Both the position numbers and the translations under genes were made by a program. A stretch of DNA of 62,988 nt, the filler included, from Octopus bimaculoides (Eukaryota), in assembly GCF_001194135.2 (NCBI RefSeq). It is 8 parts of 8 records of this genome, joined end to end, with 100 filler letters (N's around TTAATTAATTAA, not from the genome) between each part and the next. Parts side by side here need not be neighbours in the genome. Positions count along the whole stretch, not along the records: positions 1 to 13,600 come from NC_068985.1; 7 more parts are not named here. The stretch is one strand, 5' to 3'. The notes under the pieces were generated by a model that ran no database searches, had not been told where the DNA came from, and was given only the letters and a program-made list of their open reading frames with translations. Positions 1 through 12,300 of this stretch are shown here, piece after piece (within the stretch, counting starts at the first letter, position 1; each line of letters begins with the position of its first letter).

Positions 1-2
1 CA

Positions 3-246
3 AAATCTACTGTTGTTCAATGGTATCAGTACATGAGGGACGTTACAAGTAATTAGCTTTTGCGTTACCCCTACCAAATTGGTGGACTTGGGCACATCGT
101 AGAAATAGATGAATCTATGATGTACAAATACAACGGAGGATGGGATAGAGGGGGATCAAAATAGGTTTTTTAGTCTTTGTACCTGACCGTTCTTCTGAAA
201 CTTTTCTACCACTTATTAAAAAAATTATCAAACCAGGGACACCAAA
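3..246 (+). mobile_element. Merlin/IS1595(ISXO2)-like DDE transposase relic
   Basis: Frame 3 reads KSTVVQWYQYMRDVTSN*LLRYPYQIGGLGHIVEIDESMMYKYN, then after a frameshift FVPDRSSETFLPLIKKIIKPGT. These match the Merlin-type motifs IGG.G.IVEIDES and V.DRS..TL..II...I.PGT. Stop and frameshift present. Confidence 0.85.
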
Positions 247-613
247 ATACACCCTGGAAGAACGTAAAACGATGCTTTAAGAGTAAGATGGGGAAGATTC
301 AACAACTTTGTGTTTTATTTATTTTGTTTTAAAATAAATTATTTATTTTGTTAAAAAAAACCCTCATACATGTTTTGCGCATTTGCGCTAGATAGTCGTT
401 GTAGGATCGACTAGTCACGATTAGCTAGCGCAGATGCGTGAGTGTGCGAGTGCGCGCACCGGGACCACTCTTGAATAGTACCTAGGATCGATACTCCGAT
501 ACTCCACTTCTTAATGCTTTTAGTGCGTAGTTTTGTTTCAAAATTCTATTAATCAGCCAAAAAGTTAGAAACATTCTTTTATTAGTTATTAATTAAACCA
601 GGCTAATGAGTGA

Positions 614-686
614 GGGGAATTAGCTCAGATGGTAGAGCGCTCGCTTAGCATGCGAGAGGTACCGGGATCGATGCCCGGATTCTCCA
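614..686 (+). tRNA. trnA-AGC: tRNA-Ala(AGC), intact
   Basis: GGGGAATTAGCTCAGATGGTAGAGCGCTCGCTTAGCATGCGAGAGGTACCGGGATCGATGCCCGGATTCTCCA: 73 nt, all four stems pair, G3:U70 Ala determinant, anticodon AGC, ATCGATG T-loop typical of eukaryotic Ala-AGC. Confidence 0.97.
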
Positions 687-703
687 CTTATTAAATTTAT
701 TTA

Positions 704-710
704 TTTTTTT
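704..710 (+). terminator. Pol III terminator (T7) of tRNA-Ala copy 1
   Basis: T7 run starting 18 nt after the discriminator base. Confidence 0.7.
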
Positions 711-1589
711 ATCTTTATGTATAATTATTGCATACTTAAAAACTCACACGTTCTTTTATTGCTCTCAATCATTCGATTACGACCATACTAGAGCAATGTC
801 TTCAATGGTTTTATGCCATCAAATTCATCGAATTACTTATTGTATTGAGGTATTCATTTTATTGCTTCTACTTATCGAATAGCTAAGTCTTAACAGTCAA
901 CCACACTAATTATATCTACACACGTTATATTACGTAAAATTGCAGTTGTTGCACACTATGGTTATTATTGTTATGAAATTTTGTGGAAGGGAGCTAGTCG
1001 AGCACCTATTGAACACTGGAATCGATGTAATCGACTAGACCCTTTCACTCAAAATTTCAGGCCTTGTGCCTTCAGTAGAAAGAATTATTATTTCCTTTGC
1101 CTAAGCAAAGGCGGAGGTATTGTTTTCAATCGTGTTTGTTTGCTTGTTTGTTTCGGATGAAACTTTCAGGGATGTTTGGCCTCGTGACTGGTACGAACTG
1201 ATTAGATTTGGGGAAGAATCCGGTTCCGGACAAGGATGCTGGATTATTTGTTATATTTACTTTACATGAAGTATTACGATCTTACGTTGACTTTCAAGTC
1301 TTTTTCTGATTATCTCCGTTGACCTGGTTAAGGTCAAGAAAATCTGTTAAGGTCATGCTCAAGTGGTTATGGTCAAGCAAAACTGAGCAGAATGTTTTTT
1401 ACACCAAGACAAAACATGTACATTAGTTAAGATCAGAAGCCATGAGAGCCACTGCCTGGTACTGCATCTAGAATATTGTAAACTGTTTGATGATATTTCT
1501 ACCGGTTCTTTACATTCTTTGAATAGAAGCGAGGTTAACTTTGCCTATTATCATGTCGAAATTGATAAAATAAAGTACCAGTATTTACA

Positions 1590-1880
1590 GCGCATGGAAC
1601 TTACAAGTGAGGTTGTAATTTCGAATCCCGGACCGAGCTGCGTGTTGTGTTCTTAAGCAAGACACTTTATTTCACGTTGCTCCAGTTCACTCAGCTGTAG
1701 AAATGAGTTGCGGCGTCACTGATGCCAAGCTGTATCGGCCTTTGCCTTTCCCTTGGATAACATCGGTGGCGTGGAGAGGTGAGGCCGGCATGCATAGGCG
1801 ACTGCTGGTCTTCTATAAACAACCTTGCCCGGACTTGTACCTGGGAAGGTAACTTTCTAGGTCATGACCGAAGGGGGTCG
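1590..1880 (+). mobile_element. tRNA-derived SINE (family with 'ttcacgttgctccagttcactcagctgtagaaatgagt' body)
   Basis: B-box-like TTCGAATCCC followed by the conserved body; the same family occurs reversed at 11210-11535 and 8740-8850. Confidence 0.8.
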
Positions 1881-1981
1881 CAGCATTTACAGCTGTCATC
1901 GAACCCAACTTGTCCATCCCTATCCTAAACTGTCACACACATTCTTTTATTGGCTATTAATTAAGCACTTGTTACCTGTAA

Positions 1982-2054
1982 GGGGAATTATCTCAGGTGG
2001 TAGAGCGCTTGCTTAGCATGCGAGAGGTACCCGGATCGATATCCGAGTTCTCCA
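1982..2054 (+). pseudogene. tRNA-Ala(AGC) pseudogene (copy 2)
   Basis: 73-nt colinear copy with anticodon intact, a D-stem mismatch and a broken T-stem (CCCGG/TCCGA). Its upstream flank (1939-1965) resembles that of copy 1 (571-597). Confidence 0.85.
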
Positions 2055-2160
2055 AGTACGATCTTTTCTTATAGAGGTACACTTACAATTTAGAATTGTA
2101 TTCGTTATTATATCCTGTAATGTCAAGCCCACTTTTTAATGGTTAATAATTAAAAACGGC

Positions 2161-2540
2161 AAGGCGGTGAGCTAGCAGAAACAGTATTTCGTCTGCCGTT
2201 ACGTTCTGAGTTCAAATTCCGCCGAGGTCGACTTTGCCTTTCATCCTTTCGGGGTCGATAAATTAAGTACCAGTTGCGCACTGGGGTCGATGTAATCGAC
2301 TTAATCCGTTCGTCTGTTCTTGTTTGTTCCCTCTATGTTTAGCCCCTTGTGGGCAATAACGAAATAGGTATTTTGTCTGCTTTTACGTTCTGAGTTCAGA
2401 TTCCGCCGAGGTTCGACTTTGCCTTTCATCCTTTTAGGGTCGATAAATTAAGTACAATTTGCGTACTGGGGTCAACCTAATCGACTGGCCCCACTTTCCA
2501 AAAAATTCGGGTCTTGTGCCTAGAGTAGAAAAGAATAATT
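2161..2540 (+). mobile_element. Two tandem tRNA-derived SINE copies ('gccgaggtcgactttgcctttcatcc' family)
   Basis: Head aaggcggtgagctagcagaa, B-box gagttcaaattcc, conserved body repeated twice with two different 3' tails. Confidence 0.85.
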
Positions 2541-2559
2541 CAAAAACGGCAGTAACGTG

Positions 2560-2632
2560 AGGGAATTATCATAGACGGTAGTTCGTTTGCTTAGCATACA
2601 AAAGGTACCGGGATCGATTCCCAGGTTCTCCC
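2560..2632 (+). pseudogene. tRNA-Ala(AGC) pseudogene (copy 3)
   Basis: AGGGAATTATCATAGACGGTAGTTCGTTTGCTTAGCATACAAAAGGTACCGGGATCGATTCCCAGGTTCTCCC, colinear with copy 1, D and anticodon stems disrupted. Confidence 0.8.
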
Positions 2633-2952
2633 CATAACATACTTTCAGTGCGAGTTTGCGTATAAGAATTCTTTCATCCTTTTTACATATGTATGTTATC
2701 AGCATTTTGCCGTAAAGTCATATGCATTGTTTTATTGGCTCCAGTTATTCGACTGCGGCCATTCTAGAGCAACGTCATTAACAGAATTCTGCCATCCTAT
2801 GCAACCCATTGCTTATAGCAGTGTCATACACACACTATCGTTCTCTACTTATCGGACAGCTAAGTTTTAACAGACAACTGCACTGACTTATACCTACAAA
2901 CAACTCTACAAACCAGTAATATATACATTACTTAAAAATCAGAGCCACGTGA

Positions 2953-3025
2953 TGGGAATTGCCTCAGATGGTAGACTGATCGCTTAGCATACAAGAGATA
3001 TCGCGATTGTTTCCTGGATTCTCTT
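2953..3025 (+). pseudogene. tRNA-Ala(AGC) pseudogene (copy 4, most decayed)
   Basis: TGGGAATTGCCTCAGATGGTAGACTGATCGCTTAGCATACAAGAGATATCGCGATTGTTTCCTGGATTCTCTT, colinear with copy 1, B-box destroyed. Confidence 0.75.
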
Positions 3026-3417
3026 CTGTATACTTCAATTTTAGAATTTTGTAATTCCTGTACCTTAGTTGACAGTGTACCATGTGAGACATCCTAACAG
3101 TCACATATATTATTCAAATGATTTCAGATCTTTGACTTCGGCCATGCTGGAGTCTTCAATGGTTTTAGGATATCAAATCGATACTATTAGTATTGTAGTC
3201 TGGTTTATTTTTCTTTATTTATCGAATGGTCAAGTTTTATCTATCAAACTGAAATAATAGGGACCAAATGCTTCCGTATGGATGGTCATAGTTGAATAAA
3301 AGACATAAATAAAAGGCCTGATTACAAGGGTACCATGATGGTACCTCACACCAGCCAATTAGGTAAATGCAGCTGGAGCAGGATTAAAAATTGCATTGAA
3401 GCACATACTAAAAGAAT

Positions 3418-3429
3418 AAAAAAAAAAAA
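3418..3429 (-). terminator. Pol III terminator (T12) of tRNA-Ala copy 5
   Basis: A12 on the + strand, 7 nt past the 3' end of the minus-strand tRNA. Confidence 0.8.
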
Positions 3430-3436
3430 GCACAAC

Positions 3437-3509
3437 TGGAGAATCCGGGCATCGATCCCGGTACCTCTCGCATGCTAAGCGAGCGCTCTACCATCTGAGC
3501 TAATTCCCC
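3437..3509 (-). tRNA. trnA-AGC: tRNA-Ala(AGC), intact, identical to 614-686
   Basis: Exact reverse complement of copy 1 over 73 nt. Confidence 0.97.
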
Positions 3510-3825
3510 GACTGACTGATTATCTTTAATTTAGGTATATAGCATGAAAGATATTTTCATGTTTGCTTATGTATGGACAGAGTGTGTGTGTGTGTGTGTG
3601 TCTGTATGTGTGGCTGACTGCTAATATCGGCATGTTGGGGCATTGTGTCGTTACACAAATAAACATGCACACAGACACACAAATGCGCACACACACACAT
3701 GCACACATGCATACTCTCTCTATCACACACACATTGTGAGAGAGAAACTGCTAGGAATTCTGTTATCCTACACAAAATTGCACTAGTTGCACACTGTTGT
3801 TATCATTATTATTATTATTATTATT

Positions 3826-3978
3826 TTATGTTTGACTTTTGTTTTGCATTTGTACAAGTTGGATCCAAGTCTCACCCAGAGACCTCAAGAGACAACAAGT
3901 TAGAAGTTCATGTAGGTGTTATGCCTAGGGTACCATATATTTGGATTTGTACAGTTTTGTTCTAGTGAATATTTAAGA
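3826..3978 (-). mobile_element. Short 3' end of a probable RLE-type LINE embedded in (AAT)n
   Basis: Same sequence recurs at ~4495-4640 and ~45700-45770; (AAT)n on both sides on the element strand. Confidence 0.5.
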
Positions 3979-4281
3979 ATATTATTATTATTATTATTAT
4001 CATTATTATTATTATGTGATNNNNNNNNNNNNNNNNNNNNNNNNNNNNNNNNNNNNNNNNNNNNNNNNNNNNNNNNNNNNNNNNNNNNNNNNNNNNNNNN
4101 NNNNNNNNNNNNNNNNNNNNNNNNNNNNNNNNNNNNNNNNNNNNNNNNNNNNNNNNNNNNNNNNNNNNNNNNNNNNNNNNNNNNNNNNNNNNNNNNNNNN
4201 NNNNNNNNNNNNNNNNNNNNNNNNNNNNNNNNNNNNNNNNNNNNNNNNNNNNNNNNNNNNNNNNNNNNNNNNNNNNNNNNN

Positions 4282-4495
4282 TGTGTGTGTGTGTGTGTTT
4301 GTCCCCCATCGGCGTTTGACAACCGATGTTGGTGTGCTTACGTGCCCGTAACTTAGCTGTTCAGCAAAAGAGTCCAATAGAATAAGTACTAGGCTTACAA
4401 AGAATAAGTCCTGGGCTCGGTTAGTTCGACTAAAGGCGGTGCTCCAGCATGACCGCAGGCAAATGAGTGAAACAAGTAAAAGAATAAAAGAATAT
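4282..4495 (+). mobile_element. SINE 3' half ('cgtaacttagcggttcggcaaaagagaccgatagaataagtactagg' family)
   Basis: Conserved body and gaataaaa tail; further copies at ~16640-16760, 20505-20660, 21500-21620(-), 23740-23885, 30190-30340(-), 38330-38510, 39360-39500. Confidence 0.8.
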
Positions 4496-4774
4496 GTTTG
4501 ACTATTGCTTTGTATTTGTACAATTTGACTCCAAGTCGCACCCAAAGACCTCAAGGGACAACGAGTTAGAATTTCAAGCTGGTGTTATGCCTAGGGTGTC
4601 ATATATCTGGTTTTGCACATAGTATTGTTCTAGAGAATGTCTATCAAAACATAAGTAAATCAGAAATTTGCTTTAAAAGTAATTTGATTATAAGATGATA
4701 GTCTGATCTTAAGATGACAGTAAAAGATATTTGTTATTATGTCCGTTTAAAAGCATTTCAACACCGTTTACAGA

Positions 4775-5070
4775 TTAAAATGCATTTGGGATTACAAAAG
4801 CAATATTAATACGTAGGATATGAGCAGTTCCCATGAGCACTATTTTTTGAATTTCTTCCATTTTGGGTTCCCTGGTATCTGAGCTACGTAGCAAGCAATA
4901 AGCCCCTTTTGTTATCATTCTCAGGGCACCTATAACAACAGGTATCATTTTAGTCATGAGGCTCCACGTTTTGCCAATATCTATTTCAAGATATTTATAC
5001 TTGCTCAGTTTTTGGTAGGTCTTAAGAGATACACGTATGTCGATTGGGACAGTCATATCGATGAGGAGGC
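4775..5070 (-). mobile_element. R4/Dong-like RLE LINE endonuclease C-terminal fragment
   Basis: CLLIDMTVPIDIRVSLKTYQKLSKYKYLEIDIGKTWSLMTKMIPVVIGALRMI...IQKIVLMGTAHILR, the typical PD-(D/E)xK tail of R4-clade elements. Confidence 0.85.
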
Positions 5071-5140
<70 letters not shown>

Positions 5141-5148
5141 TAATTATA

Positions 5149-5226
<78 letters not shown>
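5071..5226. repeat. Inverted compound microsatellite (AAT)n followed by (ATT)n
   Basis: About 68 nt of AAT repeats directly followed by ATT repeats running into a gap; self-complementary. Confidence 0.9.
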
Positions 5227-5809
5227 NNNNNNNNNNNNNNNNNNNNNNNNNNNNNNNNNNNNNNNNNNNNNNNNNNNNNNNNNNNNNNNNNNNNNNNNNN
5301 NNNNNNNNNNNNNNNNNNNNNNNNNNNNNNNNNNNNNNNNNNNNNNNNNNNNNNNNNNNNNNNNNNNNNNNNNNNNNNNNNNNNNNNNNNNNNNNNNNNN
5401 NNNNNNNNNNNNNNNNNNNNNNNNNNNNNNNNNNNNNNNNNNNNNNNNNNNNNNNNNNNNNNNNNNNNNNNNNNNNNNNNNNNNNNNNNNNNNNNNNNNN
5501 NNNNNNNNNNNNNNNNNNNNNNNNNNNNNNNNNNNNNNNNNNNNNNNNNNNNNNNNNNNNNNNNNNNNNNNNNNNNNNNNNNNNNNNNNNNNNNNNNNNN
5601 NNNNNNNNNNNNNNNNNNNNNNNNNNNNNNNNNNNNNNNNNNNNNNNNNNNNNNNNNNNNNNNNNNNNNNNNNNNNNNNNNNNNNNNNNNNNNNNNNNNN
5701 NNNNNNNNNNNNNNNNNNNNNNNNNNNNNNNNNNNNNNNNNNNNNNNNNNNNNNNNNNNNNNNNNNNNNNNNNNNNNNNNNNNATTATTATTATTATTAT
5801 TATTATTTG

Positions 5810-5881
<72 letters not shown>

Positions 5882-5882
<1 letters not shown>

Positions 5883-6240
5883 AAGGCGGTGAGCTGGTAG
5901 AATCGCTAGCGCGCTGGACGAGCGGTATTTAGCCCGTTGCTACGTTCTGAGTTCAAATTCCGTCGAGGTCGACTTTTCCTTTCATCTTTTCGGGGTCAAT
6001 AAATTAAATAGCAGTTGCAAACTGGGGTCGATCTAATTGATTGGCCTCCTCCCCCAAAATTTCGGGCCTTGTGCCTAGAGTTGAAAAGAATCGTTAGCAC
6101 GCCAGGCGAAATGCTTAGCGGTATTTCGGCTGTCCGAGGTCGACTTTGCCTTTCATTTTCTCGGGGTCGATAAATTAAGTACCTGTTGCGTACTGTGGTC
6201 GATCTAATTGATTGGCCCCCTCCTCCAAAATTTCGGGCCT
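5882..6240 (+). mobile_element. tRNA-derived SINE, full plus partial second copy
   Basis: Same family as 2161-2540. Other copies: 13390-13585(-), 16159-16372(-), 33050-33215(-), 37830-37990(+), 40035-40270(-), 61150-61310(+). Confidence 0.85.
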
Positions 6241-6902
6241 ACCATCACCATCAACACCATCGTCAACCGGAGCAAAAGCAGCTGAACAATTAACAAGCGA
6301 AACTATTGTATAGTACGTACAAAGTATTATTAAAGTGTAAAAATGGCTACTGTTTACTTTTGAAATAGCTATTGGTCATAGTTAAACTGGTATAAAGTAC
6401 ATTAGTAATATAATTGAGTGTGAGAAAATCAAAGCCAGATTAGCCAGGCTATTTAAAAAGATACATTCGTTCCGGAACGAAGATTACCACACACCATGAA
6501 ATTAATTTAATGATTGGCGGCGTCTGGTAATGAGTTTTCGAAATATGAAAGATGTAGTTGTCGTTATTGTTGTTGTTGTTATTGTCGTTGTTGTCGTTGT
6601 TGTTGCTGTGTTGGTAACCAGCGATAGACATGCAACTACATCTAAGCTACAGTTTTCACTTACACATACAAAAGCACGCAGACACACGCCTATATATATA
6701 CATAGGTGCATAAACACTTAGGCGTCATGGTCCCTACAGACATGCACACACAATGACACATAGATATATACATACCAGCATAGACTGAACTATATAGATG
6801 CCGATCAACATTAGATAAGCCCGCACACGTGTGTAAATATATGTGTATATGTGTTTGTGTACAGAGATTGATTGACAAGTATATATATATATATATATAT
6901 GT

Positions 6903-8030
6903 ACAGGGTGCGTAAGATATTTGAGGACAGATTTATGTTTATAAAAACAAACAAAAAGAAAACAGATATATAATAAGAGATAACTTTATCAAAAATGCTA
7001 TGAGGATAAAAATAAATCTTCTTTCCTGTAATGTCATTCAATAAAGCCATCTTCAGCTTCAACAACTGCTTCTATGAGATCTAAATCATCTACATGCTCG
7101 AATCAAGTGGTCCTGGTTCATTTTGGACATTACTCCGAAAATGGTGGCTTTCATAGAATCTTTGGTGTTATGGACGTGTTCATTGACTTCTCTCTCAACA
7201 ACGTTCCACATGTAATAGTCCAATGGATTTAGATCTGGAGAATTAGGAGGCCAAATGTTAGGAGTTATGTGATCTTAAAAATTTTCAGCCATCCATTCCT
7301 GTGTTACTAAAGCCATGTGTGATAGTGCAGAGTCTTACTGAAACACATATGGCCTTCCTTTGCATACACTGTCTGTCCAGGGCTTAACAGTTATTTCCAG
7401 GACCTCAACGTAGACGGCAGAGTTAACTCTAAGGCCTTGTGGAAAGAAGTAAGGAGGAATCACATGTCCTTCATTGCTGACAACCCCTAAAAGCATGAGA
7501 GTTGCCGGAAAGTTTGTATGCAACTTCAGATGGGTCTGCACATAACCATCTGTCATTTCTTGTTAACTTTCTGATTTTGGTCGAAGTTTTTCTCGTTTGA
7601 GAAAAATCAAATCAAATCTTCTTCCTCTGGATTTTTCAGTTTGTTTAAGAGCCTTTTAGATCTGATGTAGTGAGTTTCTTTTGCTTTTTCTGACAAATTG
7701 ACTTTTCTTCATCATATAAGACTTATATCTGATGTCTTCATGGACAACATCTCTGACTGTTCCTTCTGACACATGGACACCTTTTGCAATTGACCTAATG
7801 GACTTTCTGGGATTGTAATCAATGGTCTGTTGAACTTGCTGGATAAATTCAGGTGTTCTGATGATTTCAGAGTGTTTAGAATGCATTTTATGTTTTGATA
7901 CTGGTAATATGTTTCCATCTTCAGTCTCTAACTCCTCACAAACTTTGTAGACGAAAGATCTGGCAACTTTAAAAATCGAGATATTTCTAAATTGCTATGC
8001 TCAGCATTTATAACCACAATAACGGCATTG
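6903..8030 (-). mobile_element. Tc1/mariner superfamily, DD37D (maT/Bmmar1-like) transposon relic
   Basis: HTH region (TPEFIQQVQQTIDYNPRKSIRSIAK...HEDIRYKSY), catalytic region TNFPATLMLLGVVSNEGHVIPPYFFPQGLRVNS...GRPYVFQ, then WPPNSPDLNPLDYYMW; stop at 7034-7036; TA-CAGGGTG terminus at ~6902. Frameshifted. Confidence 0.9.
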
Positions 8031-8418
8031 CCAACTTCGCCAATAACACAAATGAGAATTGATAAGGTGAGATTGGAAAAATTTTTGGTATTATTTATCT
8101 ACCATTACACATGTTTCATTTGCTAATAGGAGTTACAAAATCGTACATGTAGAAGAAACATGTAAGATATCTCCTATTAGAAATTCTTCAAACAGGGAAT
8201 CGAATAATACCCATAAGTAAATGAAATTTGTGTAATGGTGAATCAATAATACCAAACATTTTTTCTAATCTCCTCTTTATAAATCTAATTACTAAGAAAT
8301 ATTTTCCGGAATTTTCAACTCTTATGCATACTTCACACAAATATAACATCTACAGATGGATTGGGAATACGGGAATCAGCAGATGTGCTTCAAGAGGACA
8401 TAGCTTGGATTTTAGCTA

Positions 8419-8573
<155 letters not shown>

Positions 8574-9280
8574 TCACTGTTTGGTCATTGGACAGAGGTC
8601 CATACTGAAGTATCTATGGCAACAAGCTCTTTAGTCGGTCATAAGGACCTTAGTCTAACTCTGTCTGGTACTTTATCCAATCGTTATCGATTAGAACTTC
8701 TTATTTATGGGATATTTATGGGATATTTATGGGACCCTATTTCGGTCATGAATGACCATGGAATTGTGCCTAGAAAGTTATCCTCTGAGGTAAAAGTCCG
8801 GGCAAGGTTGTTTATGGAAGACCATCAGTCGCCCAAGCATACCAGCCTCAAGTGCATGGTTTGAGTGTAAGGGAGATAACAACGTAGAGACAGGTTACCA
8901 TGTTACGAAACAGATCACCAGTGGGACAGGTTACCTTGTTAGATATTAAGCGGAATCAGGGATTGTAGTTGTTGTGTTAGTGGTGGTGGGGGCTTAGTCA
9001 CAGGCCAGCTGTGATCGAACAGACAAACGTTCGAAGATATTCTAAGTGTGACCATTGTGTTTTTTCTGTTGCTGTTGTGAACCCATGATCACATTAATAA
9101 ACAATGTCTTTCTTGTCAGAGAAGATAGAGTTTGATTTGAGGAAATACAGTTGCTATTTCTAGCAGATAAAGTAACCACATTGAAGGACCCTTGTTTTCG
9201 TACTTCGTGACTGTGTAAACGTTGGGTAAGAAAAGGAGAATATACGAAGAAATTCGTGTAAATACTCGTTGCATGTAAGT

Positions 9281-9283
9281 ATG

Positions 9284-9315
<32 letters not shown>

Positions 9316-9558
9316 TGTATGTATGTATGCATGCATGTATGTATATATGTATGTATGTATGTATGTGTGTGTGTATATGTATGTGTGGGTAGGTGGGTAG
9401 GTAGGTGGGTAGGTAGGTGGGTAGGTAGGTAGGTAGGTAGGTAGGTAGGTAGGTAGGTGGGTCGGTAGGTAGGTATGTATACATACATATATAGATGTAT
9501 ACATACATCTATATATGTATGTATATGTGTGCGTGTAAGATGTATATCCAAAAAATAT

Positions 9559-9589
<31 letters not shown>

Positions 9590-9648
9590 AGAGATAAAGA
9601 GAGACAGAGAGAGAGACAGAGACAGATAGACAAACAGATAGACAGAAT

Positions 9649-9708
<60 letters not shown>

Positions 9709-9740
9709 CATACATACATACATACATACATACATAGACA
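9281..9740 (+). repeat. Compound tetranucleotide microsatellites (GTAT/GTAG/GGTG, then TAGA/TACA)
   Basis: Directly visible motif transitions. Confidence 0.9.
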
Positions 9741-10196
9741 GATAGATAAAGGGAGTGAGAGAGAGAGAATGAGGGAAAGAGAAAGAGAGAAACGGTGAGT
9801 AGGAAGCATACGGACATACAGACAGACATGCGGACACAGGGGATGGAAAGGGATGAGTTGTGAGCTGTGAATAAATAGTGAAGGTGGGGTGGGGGTGAAT
9901 AATGCAATGAACCATGAAAGGCGAAATTCCTAGAATAGGAACCTGGAAGGTTTTGAAGGCCAGAATGAATCGAACAAGGATCATTAAATGTAAGGTGTGT
10001 GGGGGGTTGGGGGAGGGAAGAAAGAAACGACGGGATAAATATAAGGAACAGACAGAAATAAGGACAACAGGAAGATGAAAGAAAAAGAGATGAAAGAATG
10101 AAATGCATGGGAACAAGAAAGAAAGAAGGAGAATAAGACGGAAAGAACGAGAGAAAGAAGGAAAAGGAAATCGATGAAAAAGAAAGCATGTATTGA

Positions 10197-10236
<40 letters not shown>

Positions 10237-10352
10237 AGGGAAGAGAGAGGGAGAGCAAGAAATAAATAAAGGGAGGGTGAGAGAGCAAAAAAAGTATTAC
10301 ATAGAGGAAATAAAGAACCAGGACATCCAAATGATGTGGATGACGAAAATAA

Positions 10353-10396
<44 letters not shown>

Positions 10397-11209
10397 TGAT
10401 GATGATGATGATGATGATGGTTACAAGTTTTGGCACAAATCCAGTAGATTTGGGTGAAGTGAGGGTTAAGTCNNNNNNNNNNNNNNNNNNNNNNNNNNNN
10501 NNNNNNNNNNNNNNNNNNNNNNNNNNNNNNNNNNNNNNNNNNNNNNNNNNNNNNNNNNNNNNNNNNNNNNNNNNNNNNNNNNNNNNNNNNNNNNNNNNNN
10601 NNNNNNNNNNNNNNNNNNNNNNNNNNNNNNNNNNNNNNNNNNNNNNNNNNNNNNNNNNNNNNNNNNNNNNNNNNNNNNNNNNNNNNNNNNNNNNNNNNNN
10701 NNNNNNNNNNNNNNNNNNNNNNNNNNNNNNNNNNNNNNNNNNNNNNNNNNNNNNNNNNNNNNNNNNNNNNNNNNNNNNNNNNNNNNNNNNNNNNNNNNNN
10801 NNNNNNNNNNNNNNNNNNNNNNNNNNNNNNNNNNNNNNNNNNNNNNNNNNNNNNNNNNNNNNNNNNNNNNNNNNNNNNNNNNNNNNNNNNNNNNNNNNNN
10901 NNNNNNNNNNNNNNNNNNNNNNNNNNNNNNNNNNNNNNNNNNNNNNNNNNNNNNNNNNNNNNNNNNNNNNNNNNNNNNNNNNNNNNNNNNNNNNNNNNNN
11001 NNNNNNNNNNNNNNNNNNNNNNNNNNNNNNNNNNNNNNNNNNNNNNNNNNNNNNNNNNNNNNNNNNNNNNNNNNNNNNNNNNNNNNNNNNNNNNNNNNNN
11101 NNNNNNNNNNNNNNNNNNNNNNNNNNNNNNNNNNNNNNNNNNNNNNNNNNNNNNNNNNNNNNNNNNNNNNNNNNNNNNNNNNNNNNNNNNNNNNNNNNNN
11201 NNNNNNCGA

Positions 11210-11535
11210 TCATGACTGACCATGGGATTGCACCTAGAATGTTACCCTCCGAGGCACAAGTCCGGGCAAGGTTGTTTATGGAAGACCAGCAGTCGCCCAT
11301 GCGTACCAGCCCCTCCTCTCCACGCCATTGGTGTTAACCAAAAGAAAGGCAAAGGGGCCGATACAGCTTGGCACCGGTGACGTCACAACTCATTTCTACA
11401 GCTGAGCGAACTGGAGCAATGTGAAATAAAGTGTCTTGCACTAAAACATAACACACAGCCTGGTCTGGGAATCGAAATTGCTACCTCATGGTTGTGAGCT
11501 TGACGCTCTAACCACTGAGCTATGCACCTTCATGC
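11210..11535 (-). mobile_element. tRNA-derived SINE (same family as 1590-1880)
   Basis: Reverse complement of that family's body including the tRNA-like head. Confidence 0.8.
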
Positions 11536-11999
11536 AAAGTAGATATATGCATATGTAAATAATGGTGAATATGGCGAACCCACCTACATACAGGCGTATG
11601 AATGGGAAAAGCAGCCCCAAACATTGGTTAGACTAGACTACCTGTGACCCGTTGGGTCACCAATAATTCCAGGTACAGGGAAAGCCTGAGTTTCCCAGCA
11701 ATGGAGTTTTGCTTCGTAGGGTTTTTAAAAAAATTTTTTTTTTTTTACTTTTCCAGGTTATTTCACATGCTTTCAAAGAATGTGATATCGTAATCGCCTC
11801 CTTTTCTCAGAAGAGGAAAGATTTGGCTACTATTTCTTGCATGCTCTGCTACCGCGTGACAGATATTTCGGGTTATTTATCGCAAATAGCTGCTACGTGG
11901 TAGTAGGGTGTGTTAGAAATAGCAGCCAAATATTTGGAGGTGAGATACGTTGAATGCATTCGAAAGAAACCTATGGAAAAAACTATTTCATACCGAGGT

Positions 12000-12300
12000 T
12001 ATGAACGGGTCTTTTACGAAATATTTACCGTATTTTTAAAGTCATTTTCACTTTAGAATATTTTCCCCATCATAATATGTCAAATGGAAAGGTTAGAGGT
12101 TCTTTCTTTCAGGGTTAAGTTATTTTCGGAGTATTTTCCTATTATGCACCGTTTTGGATATTTATATCCCTCAAAACCCCGAATATCTCAATAACCACTG
12201 ATCCGATTTATGCGGAACTTGTTTTATTTTGTTTGTATTCACATTTCAGAATATTTTCAGAGTACTTTCAGAGTATTTTCTTATTATGCGCCGGTTTGGC
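12000..12300. mobile_element. Possible Helentron/DINE-1-like non-autonomous element
   Basis: Internal duplicated block (gagtattttc.tattatgc.ccg.tttgg) and an aatatctcaataaccactgatccgattt motif resembling DINE-1-like cores. Confidence 0.35.

Noticed and set aside
3316-3346. CTGATTA followed by the hairpin GGTACCAT-G-ATGGTACC as a hammerhead
   Set aside because: Core is not CUGANGA and there is no GAAA after the stem.
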